64,000 bases of DNA from Chara braunii (lineage: Eukaryota; Plantae; Charophyceae). This document shows, piece after piece, positions 36,259 through 47,500 of the stretch. The notes below the pieces were generated by a model that was not told where the DNA came from, did not search any database, and saw only the letters and a list, made by a program, of their open reading frames with translations. Numbering within the stretch: position 1 is the stretch's first letter; every line of letters starts with the position of its first letter. The stretch covers positions 3,447,532 to 3,511,531 of the forward strand of contig BFEA01000022.1 of the NCBI GenBank assembly GCA_003427395.1, written 5' to 3'. Both the position numbers and the translations under genes were made by a program.

Positions 36259-39110
36259 ATGGATAATATTGAAACATTATACTGCAGAAGCCCCGTGCGG
36301 CGACAATGCGTGAAGACAATAGACTTAGATCTACGCTCGATTAACGTCAATGGCTTGGCCACGATTAACCCGGACCAGCATCAAGCCATTTGGGACCAGC
36401 TTCGGGGAGTGGGAGGAAGAAGCTGGCCGGATGTTATATGTGTATAGGAGACCCACTTGATGGACAAACCGGAACATAATAGAGCACACAAGATGGTCTG
36501 GCCCCACCTGGCTCTTAGAGCCCATGCCTCGAGGCCAGGATCTGCAGGGGTTGCAATCTGGATCCCCCCAGAATCCCGATTCCAGATGATTCATTGGGCA
36601 GCAAACGAGGTGGAGGGGCGATGGGTATCGGCATTGGGAACCCTAGAGTTGGACCTTATCTGTATTGTGTGTGTATATTCTCCCAACATGGTAGGGGAAC
36701 GAAGGGCCTTCTTGGAAGACCGACAGCACGCGTTCCAAACAGCATCCCGCTGATCATTGCTGAGGACTTTAATGCAGCTCCGAATAGATGGCGAGACATG
36801 TGGAACCCTCAAGGGGTCCCCCTGATCACTGCTGAGGACTTTAATGCAGCTCCGAATAGATGGCGAGACATGTGGAACCCTCAAGGGGTCCCCTCGGCTA
36901 TGGCGGAAGAGGATGAGAGGATGATAGAGAACATGTGTGAAACCCTCTCGATCTTTGATACCTTCCGCCGCCTTCATCTTGAGGACAAGACCTTTACATG
37001 TATAAAAGACAGTGATCCGGCAAGGCTATCCAAGTCAAGGATCGATCTGATTTTTATTTCTAACGACCTAGAAGGGGTCTTGCGATGATGGGTCATTCTG
37101 CCACGCAGTCCGCACCCGGGCTTAGACCATAAAACGTGCGGCCTGATACTGACACTAAGGAAAAAGTCAGACCAAGGACCCGGATTCTATAAACTTAACA
37201 CATCCTTACTGAAAGACTATCAATTCAAGATATGATCTGAGATGAATGGCATTTCTGGCACCAACAAAAACCCCGTTTTGACTCCCTTTCAACCTGTTTC
37301 AATAATGGTCTACTCTTTCTAGCACGGAAGTGTAAAGAATGGTCAAAGAAAAAGGCAGCCTTACGACAACAACAAGAAATGTCTACCCACCAGGGACTAC
37401 TAGATCTCGAGCAACAAATAGATTCACAACATTGCACAACTTCTATTCAAGCAGTAAAAGACCAACTCCTTCGATTCGCTCAACATAGATGGCAGGGTAT
37501 TAGGATAAGGGGGAAGCTAGCTAAATTTACTCAAGAAGCTACGATGGACACACACTTCTTTAGTATGGCAACAGCTCGGCCACGACGAACAGTGATAGAG
37601 GCTCTCTACGAGCTAAATAGAGGAGAGGAGGCCATAGTTTCGGACACTGCACACTGTACACTAATAGTGAGGAGTTTTTTGAAACAACTTTATACCTCCC
37701 AAATCCCAGCACAACGAGGAGAAGCGTGGACCAGGGACTTGGAAGACTTCCTTGCCCCCATAGACAGATATATGTCCCGGCAACAATGGGCAAAATTGGA
37801 AAGACCCCTTACGAAGGAGGAAGTGTGGACAACACTCATGCAGATGAAGGAAGAGAAGACACCAGGTATTGATGGTTTTCCTAAGGAATTTTGGGAAGAA
37901 ATGTGGGGAGACTTGAGCTCGGACCTGTGGGAGTATTATCAGAAAGTATGGGAAGAAGGGGAAATGGGGGAAGTGGTCAGGACCGGAGTGTTGTCAATAT
38001 TGTATAAGAAATGGGACAGAATGAATATACGGAACTACAGGCCTCTCACGCTTCTCACTGTCGTGTACAAGATGCTCTCTAAAGCACTTGCAAATCGGAT
38101 GGCCGGAGTTCTGGAAGATGTGATCCACCCCGCCCAGACAGACTTCATGGCCAGTAGGAATATACATGAAAATATCCTGCTAGTGAATGAAATTGTTAGC
38201 CTGTCTCAGAGGAATCGAACAAATGTGGCCATCATATTCATAGACTTTGAAAAGGTGTATGACCACGTAGATTGGGACTTCTTAGACAAGTGCCTAGAGA
38301 AAATGAACTTTGGACCACACTTTAGACGGTGGGTCATAATCCTACACAAAAATGCTTCCACCTGCGTGCAGATCAACGGGTCGGTGGCCCCGGCATTCGA
38401 GCTCCAGCGCTCGGTTAGGCAAGGGGACCCCATTGCCCCCTTCCTCTTCTTAGTAATAATGGAGGCACTATATGCCAACCTGCGAAGTAACAGGGATCTC
38501 AGGCGGATCAGGATCACAGATATCCCAGAGGAGGTTGTGCCAATATGCTCTCTCTTTGCCGATGACCTCACAATTATGGTAGAAGCTAGCATAAGGAACA
38601 TGCCGGAGATACAAGCCCTGATGACCCGCTTTTGTAGACTGTCTGATATGGCTGTCAACTGGGGACAAAAGACAGTAGGCTGGTGGTTACACCATCAAGG
38701 GGGAAGACCCCCCGAAAATCCACGTATCACATGGTTGCCCTTGGATGGCCCCCTTAGGGTTTTGGGGGCGTTGGTGACAGCAAAAGGGAGGCCCCCCACT
38801 AATGATGAATGTTTAGTGACCCCAGCGCAGGCAAAACTGACAAGTTGGAACAACAAACACTGTTCACTGATCGGGCGAGCCCTAGTTATGAACAATGTGA
38901 TATTAGCCACCCTATGGTATAAGGCAATTCTTTGGCCAATCACCAATGGGGGGTTAAAAGCGCTTAAACGACAACTGGCGGCCTTGTTATGGAGAGGGGA
39001 TAGTGCTTCCCCCCATGCTATTAGTCGGGTCGCATGGGAGTCGGTGGTGCAACCCAAGGTTGGGGGGGGGCTAGGGATTATTGACCCCGCTACGCAAAAT
39101 CAGGCTTTGA

Positions 39111-39173
<63 letters not shown>

Positions 39174-41214
39174 ACTGCCCGTTTGGGAGATAGGGGCGTT
39201 GGTATAAGCAGACGCCTCTATCTCCCCCGGGGAGGCTCCATCTAGTAGTGGGGAGCAACACCTGCTGGAAAACGGGTCCAACGTCCCTTAACAAAAACAT
39301 TGATTGCCTTCTGAAGACCTCGTCATCATTCTACCAGCATTGATTGCCCTGCGAACAGGGGATTAACTGCGCGAGAATATGAGTAACCAGAGAGGGGGGA
39401 AGAAGGAGCCTCTTCGGCCCTGCTGCTGGGCGCCCGAGATGCATGACGACCTAGCTCCCATCCCCCTGCAGATACATCCAATTGATCTTCTGCAGCTCTT
39501 ATGCAGCTTAATGACTACGAAAATTATGCCCCCCCACTCACTCTGGCCCTAAACCACAGAAGAGTCTGCGATGGATCCAACACATTATTTTTTCTATATG
39601 CTCGTCATGGGTACCCCTTGCCCTAAGGCAGATTGCGGCCCTGGCTCTGGAGGCACCTTCGGAGATCGACCCTGTAGTTTGGTTGGAGGACAGATACTGG
39701 AAGATACCAAGGAAGTATAGGAACGGAGATCCGGCGGATGAGCACTGGTTATACCTTTTGAGAACATGGAGGAGACTCCCACTGCCGGACCGACGGGAGC
39801 CAGAAAGGTGGGAGGAGGTGTTTAGACAACCGCTTTTTGGTAACCGACGGATCACGAACTCCATGGGCCAAGTAAGGAACAACTCTGACCCTTTCTGACG
39901 AGGATGGGTGAAACATGGGGCCAGGAGAGTAGGTGACCTCTGGGATGCCTCTTCTAAAGAATGGAAAAGCGTGGATAGAATAAGGGGTTGGCTTAGGTAC
40001 TGCCACCAAACACAACCAGCGTTGGAAGAATTGATTGAGAGTTTCCCTCTTCAATGGTACTATATCCTGCGAAAAGGCCCGAGCATACAGGAAGGGGACT
40101 GGGTGGGTCTGCCTGGCCAAGGGGAACAAGTGGGAAGGATGCAAACTATTGAGAGAGAGGCATCTCTGATAAAGCTCTTCTCTGTGGAAAAGGATGGAAA
40201 GTTACAAGGGAGCCGGCAGCCGTTAGTATGGAAAGGGAAGGGGGAGGTCTATCGTATCAGAGTGTTGGAAGATGGTCAGGGATGGAGAGCTTTCAGGCCG
40301 ATGACCCCAATTGAGGACCTCCCCCTCGACCCCGATGAATGACAATGGTCCACAAACGGCAGGCCCAACCCACGACGACGGGGCAGGGGGAGCGAAGGAA
40401 AGCCGATAGCATTACTTACTATGAAAACCAAATCAGCGTATCAAATGATGAGACCAAAACGCAGCCTGAGGGATGTAGTGGAGGAGAGGTGGCACCGACG
40501 TCTCAATGTGGATACGGCCCTGCTTAAGCCAATAAAATGGTTTAGGGATTTTAGGATGAGGCCAGCGAAAATTTCCGCCCTCCAATGGCAGATCTCACAC
40601 CGATGTTTGCCAACTAACGACTGGCTAATCGACCACACAAGCCTGGAACAGCAGGGCCGGGCATTACCATGGTGCCAGAGTTGCCTTCAGAGTTTTCCGA
40701 GCCAGAAAAACCCTGAGACAGTGGAACATATTTTCCTTCAATGCCCTGCCGCGATGTTACTGTGGCGAGGACGGGACAAAATCTGGCGACACATGATCCC
40801 GAACTCAGCATGGCCATGGGAGTGGAGGACCATCCTACTGGGGCATTGTCCGCAGGGGTATACAAGTAGTTTTGAGGGGCCCTCTATTAAAAAAAAAAAA
40901 AAAAAAAAAAAAAGAAGAAGAAGAAGAAGCTGGGAAGGCGCTCTATCCTATGGGTTATTTGGTGGAGAAGATGCGTCCTAGCAATGGAGGGGGCTCGGGT
41001 GGAAGAGGGGGAGGTTAAGGAACAGTTGCGGACATTGGTACAGTCCGAGATATTAGCACAGCGGCATGCCGCAAAGAAACTGTTGGACCAAGCACACTCC
41101 AGGAGCGACATGGATAAGATTATCTCTCGTTATGGGGAAAACTGGTTGGGAGGAAGGAGGGGGGGTTGGGTGGCAGAATTGAAATGGATGGGGGACGCAC
41201 CGAGGTCACAGTAG
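36259..41214 (+). pseudogene. LINE ORF2: apurinic endonuclease, reverse transcriptase and C-terminal zinc finger; disrupted
   Basis: SINVNGL, DVICV*ETH, CVYSPN, EDFN and SRIDLIF; KTPGIDG, RNYRPLTLL, IDFEKVYDHVDW, VRQGDPIAPFLF and LFADDL; CQSC..ETVEHIFLQC. Confidence 0.93.
39115..39561 (-). mobile_element. 5'-truncated LINE (or LINE-tailed SINE) copy inserted antisense into ORF2
   Basis: Poly(T) to 39165; the reverse complement of 39225-39290 matches the host LINE 3' UTR at 41835-41890; candidate TSD GAGCCT/GAGTCT; ORF2 reads QALSL|RWIQH across the insert. Confidence 0.85.
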
Positions 41215-42254
41215 GAGCAACAACAAGACCAGCGCCAGGAGGAGGAGGTTGAAAGAGATTATAGGCTGTGTTTCCGAGATTGGCTAATCATCGATCCCAG
41301 GGAGCCGTTGCGTCCGGCCCAGGATTTTGCAGATCTGTTCCCCCCACACCCTCTAGCCCTAATGGAGGTCCCACATGATGAGATATGAGTGAGATTCTAG
41401 AGGAATGGCGGTCTGTTTCTACACTATTAGGATGAGTGGACTGCGTCTGGACTCGGGACCAAAAGGTCAGACCTAGGAAGATAGAGACAGTCGGATGGGA
41501 CGCTGGACCCGGTTTCCAGCAAAGGTGTTGTTACCAATTTCAATGGGACGCTGGACAGCAGGTGTGGGTAGGAAGAGTTGGGAATTTCAGTTCTCATTTT
41601 CAGACCCTTTTCGGACCCTTTTCAGTTTTCAGATAATTTTTCCGACATTTTTCAGACATTCTCAAGGATAGTGTGACAGGCTGGGGAACACACGGGGACC
41701 ACTGTTGCCCCCCAGTGGCCCTGCTGGGCCCCAGCCCAAGGCTTTGATTTGGAAAGTACAGGATAGTTAGCGATGGGACGCTGGACCCGGTTTCCAGCAA
41801 GTTATCTCATGATTTCTCATGGTTTTTCCGAAGTAAGGGACGCTGGACCCGGTTTCCAGCAGGTGCTGCTCCCCACTAATAGATGGAGCCTGTCTAGGGG
41901 TGCTAGCAGTGGCTGCCTACACCAGCACCTCTAGCATCACCCAGGGCGTGTTAAAAAAAAAAAAAAAAAAAAAGTCATCAATGTCATCAGCTCGTTCGTC
42001 CATGGCTGGTATGACAAAAAAACAGGGATTGATGAGGATAAGAGGTCCGCCATCTCCCCCTCCCTTCCCCCTTCTAACCTCGTCGTCTGGTTGAGGATAG
42101 GAGTGGGATAATCGTTGTTGATGGGATGTTGATTGGTGTTGCCCGGCCCGCAATACCAATCAACAATGGAGTGCTGAGGGGGGCTGGCTAGGATCCACAT
42201 TGCGGGTGGTCAATCCTTCCCTAGCGTGGGGAAGTAATCAATGCCCCCTAACGA

Positions 42255-44557
42255 GTGTTGGAGACGCTCCGCCGCGCCACGTACAAGGCCAACCGCGACA
42301 AGTGTGAATTTGTCCGGCAAGAGCTGGAATGCTTGGGCCATTTTGTCACACCGAAGGGCATCAGTCCGCTATTGGACAAGATTCAGGCCATCCAAGAGTG
42401 GCCGGAGCCTCGGAACGTCACGGATGTCCGCTCGTTCCTCGGTCTTGTCGGCTATTATCAGCGCTTCATCAAAGGCTACTAAAAGATCGCGGCCCACTTG
42501 AACAAGCTTCAATGCGAGGATCGACCGTTTGACTTCGGAGAGGAGGCGCGTTCTTCGCTCTCAAAGCCACGCTATTGTCTGCGGAGGTCTTGCAGATATA
42601 CGACCCGCTCTTGCTCACGCGCGTCACTACGGATGCGTCAGGCTATGGCATTGGTGCAGTCCTCGAGCAACATGATGGTGTGGACTAGCACCCGGTCGAG
42701 TACTTCAGCAAGAAAGTGCCCATCGTGCATTCCATTGATGATGCACGCAAGAAGGAGCTCCTCGCCTTCGTCCACGCGCTCAAGCGGTGGCGGCACTTCC
42801 TCCTTGGTCGAAGCCAATTTCGCTGGGTAACGGACAACAGTCCGTTGGTCTTTTACAAGACCCAAGACACCGTCAACAGCACCATCGCTCGATGGATGGC
42901 TTTCATCGACCAGTTCGACTTCTTTCCCGGTCACATCCCCGGGAAGTCGAACCGTTTTGCGGATGCTCTTTCACGGCGTCCGGATCATTGTACCGCGGTC
43001 TACTCAACCTTCGAGATCGACAATGACCTGCGGAACAGTTTCATCCGCGGCTACCAAGCCAACCCCGAGTTTCGCGACAAGTACGCGAATTGCTCCTCTC
43101 CTAATCCGACTCCTTCTCACTACCGGATCCAAGAGGGGTACTTGCTTGTCCACACGCGGGGGAAGGACCTTCTTTGCGTACCGAGTGACCCTCACTTGCG
43201 TACACGGCTTCTTGGTGAGTTCCACGATGCTCCCGCCACCGGACACTTTGGAGTCAATCGCACGATTGACCGACTTCGCCAACGATTTTGGTGGCCCGGC
43301 CTTCTCGGCGACGTCACGCGCTATTGCGAGTCATGCGAGGTTTGCCGACGTTGCAAATCCCGCAACCATCGTCCGTACGGCGAGTTACGACCATTGCCAG
43401 TCCCGTTGAGGCGAAGGGAAGCGATTGCCATGGACATTACTGGCCCGTTCCCCAAGCACAAGACCGGAGTGGATGAGATTCTCACGGTGGTCGACCGACT
43501 CAACAAGTTCGCCATGTTTTTGCCTTGTCGCTATCATGCCAAGGCACCGAAGTTGGCCGAGGTTCTTTACACCGGTTGGATTCGAACCAAGGGTTACCCC
43601 AAGGAGATTGTCTGCGACCGCGACACTCGGTTCATGCCCGATTGTTGGCTGGCGCTCATCAAGCGATGGGGCTCATCTCTCAAGCCCAGTTCAGCTCGCC
43701 ACCCTCAGACCAATGGCTAGACGGAGAGGGCGCATCAGACCGCACAGGTTCTTCTTCGCACTCTCATCCTCCCCGACTAGAAAGACTGGGTTGAGCGACT
43801 GCCGGACGTCGAGTTGGCCTACAACTCTTCCATCCACCCGGCTATTGGGATATCACCCTTCGAGTTCGAGCATGGCTCGCCGGTCACGTCACCGTTGGAC
43901 ACTATTGACGACCATCTTCTTTTCCTGCGTCGGATGCAAGAGCTTCTCGTCAAGGCACGCGACCAGATGGCTAAGTCGCAACAACGCATGAGCCAGCAGG
44001 CCAATCGCCAGCGTCTTCCTTGTCCATTCCGCGTCGGTGACCTCGTCTGGGTTTCCGCAGCGAAATTCAGCCTTGAACAAGACATCTCTCGCAAGCTCCT
44101 TCCGAAATGGATGGGGCCTTGGCCGATCGTAGCGCCCGCTGGGGACGCACCCTAAGGACCTTCCTTCACGATTCAGCTGCCCGGCCACTTGCCCGTCTAC
44201 CCAGTCTTTCATTGCTCCAAATTGGCTCTCTACACGCCAGCGGAACATGATGATTTTCCCGGAAGACGTTCGCAAGACCCACCCTCCATGGATGGTTTTC
44301 CGGAGGTCGGCGACATCATCTCCCAGTGGCGCTACGGCAACAGGCCAACCGAGTATTTAGTGCATTTTGTCTACTGCACACACCGAGCTGACCGTTGGTT
44401 GACCCGTGCGGAACTTCAAGCAACAACTCCAGACGTTCTCGCACGCTACGAACGCAAGATGCAAGGCAAGCCGGTTTCTTCGGTTGCACGCCACGCCCGC
44501 GTCCAGGTTCTACCTTCAGATCGTCGGCTTCGCCCTTGCCCCGGCTTGACTTCATGA
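42255..44557 (+). pseudogene. pol: RT C-terminus, RNase H, integrase and chromodomain
   Basis: KCEFVRQELECLGH, VRSFLGLVGYY, TDASGYGIGAVL, HDAPATGHFG..CEVC, AMDITGPFP, CDRDTRF, HPQTNG, KWMGPW and EYLVHF..DRW. Confidence 0.93.
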
Positions 44558-44568
44558 GGAGGGGGGGG
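44556..44568 (+). promoter_or_regulatory. Polypurine tract
   Basis: GAGGAGGGGGGGG immediately before the TG of the LTR. Confidence 0.9.
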
Positions 44569-46027
44569 TGTTGCATGCTGCGCCTGCACACGCGGGCCAT
44601 TTTCCAGGCCCTGCGTCCTTCAGGCCGAAAGCCTGAAATCCAGGGCTTACAGGCCCCGTGGCTGTTTCAGGCCNNNNNNNNNNNNNNNNNNNNNNNNNNN
44701 NNNNNNNNNNNNNNNNNNNNNNNNNNNNNNNNNNNNNNNNNNNNNNNNNNNNNNNNNNNNNNNNNNNNNNNNNNNNNNNNNNNNNNNNNNNNNCGTGGCT
44801 GTTTCAGGCCGAAAGCCTGAAATCCAGGGCTTACAAGCCCCGTGTCTGTTTCGGCCCGAAAGCCTGAAATCCAGGGCTTACAGGCCCCATGGCATTTCAG
44901 CCTGACAGCCTGAAAACAAGGGCCTATAGGCCCTCAGGCTTTAGGCAGAAGCTACCTGGGAACTTTCTGGAAGCTTCCCCAGGCTTCATCCAGAAGCTAC
45001 CTGGAAACTTCCCGGAAGCTTCCTCAGGGTCTAGCACATTTGGGCATTGGCAAGAGCAGCCTCCTGGACGAGCCAGCACTATATAAGACTGGCCCGCCCT
45101 ACAGGCAGAAGGCAGTTGTAGTCTTCAGGATTCAGGAGCAGCACTCTGGAGGGAGCGCTGCAGAGTAGTAGTGGCGTTAGCTTGTAGCCTTCAGCGCTGG
45201 GCGCAGTAGGTAGCTGTAGTCTCCAACGTTGGGCGCCATAGCTAGATAGTACTAGAGAGAGAGAGAGATTGGGCGGAGGCCAGAGGCACTTACCTGCAGC
45301 GCCGTTGCTCCAGCTTCGTCTTCGAGGTACCTGCAGCACAGCGCCAATACCACAGGTCAGTGAGAGAGAGTTCTTCTTCTTCCTCTTCTCAGTCCACCAT
45401 CTCCTTCTCCCCCTCTCAACATCTGACTTTACTGCATCTGCAGACTACGAGAGAAGAGAGACAGAGCTTGGTGACATCGGATCCAGACTCGACTTTTGGG
45501 ACTTCAGACATGGCAACGAGGGATTATTTGGGATTGGTGACAAAGACTTGGTGTTGACGACATTCCCATCTCTCTCCCTCCTTTCGTCTGATTCCTGCCT
45601 CTTCGTCTGTGTATGTCTGGACTTGGCGCTTTCTTCCTGTGTACAGCGCCAGGCTCCTTCACACCTGGTGATGGATATGATGTATGTTTGGTCTGAGTTC
45701 AAACATTGATTGGGCTAGTTATTAGCATTCTAGCATTCTGCTTCGCTACTTTGTACTACGTGAGTGAGGTCAGTCCCGGTCAGGTCAGTCTTTGTATTTA
45801 AGTCTTCCCTGCGCTATTCAGCACCATTATGTATGTATGAGAATGCACATTGCTTGTCGAGATTCTATTCGCTCCGCATTGTCCATTCAGTCCTTTTTAT
45901 CACATTGCAGATTCTCGGTTATTGCGTACATTGCATATCTGTTCATGTAACATTTTTGTGTGCCGAGCTGAGCACCCCTAAGCAGTGCCAAATAGTCGGT
46001 CATTCCTCGTTTGGGCTGCCTGCAACA
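44569..46027 (+). repeat. 3' LTR containing a 47-bp tandem array (collapsed into an N gap) and a TATA box near 45080
   Basis: 7-bp terminal inverted repeat; unit CAGGCCGAAAGCCTGAAATCCAGGGCTTACAGGCCCCGTGGCTGTTT on both sides of the gap; CTATATAAG. Confidence 0.88.
44674..44793. other. Assembly gap (120 N)
   Basis: Run of N. Confidence 1.
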
Positions 46028-46029
46028 CT

Positions 46030-47500
46030 CCTAGGGGGGCCGCTCGGTTCGGTATGGCTGTCCGTCCTACGAGTGACGACAGATTTCGTCGGAGCGACTC
46101 CATGGCTCAGTGGGTGATGTGAGCGGGTGATGTGCCGGTTTGGTTTGTGTTGGATGTATGGGCTGCCTCTTCTGCAGTCTGCCGCTGCCTTGCTGCCCGT
46201 TCCGCTTGCTTTGCAGGTCATTCTTGGCAAGCTGCTGTGTTTGCTGTGTGTTGAGGCCGTGTGGTTGGTGTTCCCTTGCGCTTCGCTGCTTCACTGCCTT
46301 GCTGCCTATCTGCAGGCTGTGCTGTGCCTTATGTGTCCTTTGCGTGCTTGCCTTGTAGTTTGGTGGCCTTGCTGGTGTTGCCTCATGCTTTGCTGCTCCA
46401 CTTGCCCTGTTGTTCCTTGCAGTTGCTCCGGCAGTGTTGCCTGGTGCTTCACTGAGTGGGGTTGCTTGCTGCCATGTGTGTGCCTGCCTTGTTGGTGCTT
46501 GTTCGTGTTGCCCTGTGCTTCACTGCGCGGTTGCCGCGCTGCGCGGTTGCTTGCCATGTCATTCCTTGCAGTAGTCTTCGGCGTTGAGTAGCCATATTGC
46601 ATCTGCAGCGTTGCCTGGTGCTTCACTGGGTTGCTGCCCGCTGCTGTGTTCCGTTTGGGGACAGTCTTCCTTCAACAAGGGTCAAAGGGTGCATGACCCA
46701 AACCATCAATACGGGGATTCCGCAGATTGTCGAGGGTTCAGCCTCCTGATGAGTCGGTGCAACTCTGACAAAACAATCTTCCATCCGTTCCGTCTAGCCT
46801 ATTTCATTCATTGTCTTTACCTGCCTTGTGTGCTTGTATGTTGTCTGTCCTCCTGCCTCCCCCAGCGCCCTCCAGCCTATGTCGTGTGTTCTCTTTCCCC
46901 CCCGCCTGCCTTCCCCAATGCCACCCAGCCTATGTGCTGTGAGGTCATTTCTTACCTGCTGCTTGTTGTCTTTTCCTTGTCTTGTATGTTGGTGTGTTGA
47001 CTGCTTGACTCTTGTTTTAGGTTTGTGAGTCTGTTTTGAAGTGACCACTCTAGCCTACCATCGAGTCAAAACAGTGCTGCATCCCTATAGACTAAGACTG
47101 TTGGTGTGTCGTCTGAATGCCCGCCCCCCCCAATGCCATCCAGCCTATGTTACTTGTTGTCTTTTCCCTGCCATGTGTGCTTGTATGTTGCCTGCCCTCC
47201 TGCCTCCCCCAATGCACTCCAGCCCATGTTGCTTGTTGTATTTCCCTGCCTTGTGTGCTTGTAGGTTGTCTGCCCTCCAGCCTGTGCCACTTGTTGTCCT
47301 TTCCCTGCCCTGTGTGCTTGTATGTTGTCTGCCCGCCCAACTTCCCTAATGCCCTCCAGCCTATGTGTTGCCTCACTGCTTTCCTTTCTTGCCTTTTGTC
47401 TGGTCATTTCTTACCTGCAGGCTGCTGCTTGTTGTTTTTTCCTCCCTTGTGTGGCGGTGTGTTGACTGTATCCAATAGAGTAAGTAGGTGCACGATGAGG
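46030..47500. mobile_element. Hammerhead-associated non-coding repeat with TG/CT-rich degenerate tandem arms
   Basis: Hammerhead at 46724 and a remnant at 46077; recurrent units CCAGCCTATGT and CCTTGTGTGCTTGTATGTTG; related to 30280-31125. Confidence 0.6.
46724..46779 (+). ncRNA. Type III hammerhead ribozyme, probably inactivated (GAAA to AAAA)
   Basis: AGAUUGUC / GAGG GUUCAG CCUC / CUGAUGA / GUCGG UGCAACU CUGAC / AAAACAAUCU. Confidence 0.87.

Larger units (their letters stand above)
32290..41973 (+). mobile_element. L1/Tx1-like non-LTR retrotransposon, near full length; 5' end uncertain (may extend to about 31130)
   Basis: ORF1 with zinc knuckle, ORF2 with APE-RT-zf, 3' UTR and poly(A) at 41953-41973. 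Confidence 0.88.
42250..46027 (+). mobile_element. Chromovirus (Ty3/Gypsy) 3' half with 3' LTR
   Basis: RT end, RNase H, integrase, chromodomain, PPT and an LTR bounded by TGTTGCA...TGCAACA. Confidence 0.92.

Noticed and set aside
46077-46110. Functional hammerhead on the minus strand
   Set aside because: Stem II is shortened, the CUGANGA box is disrupted and stems I/III are not evident; treated as a remnant only
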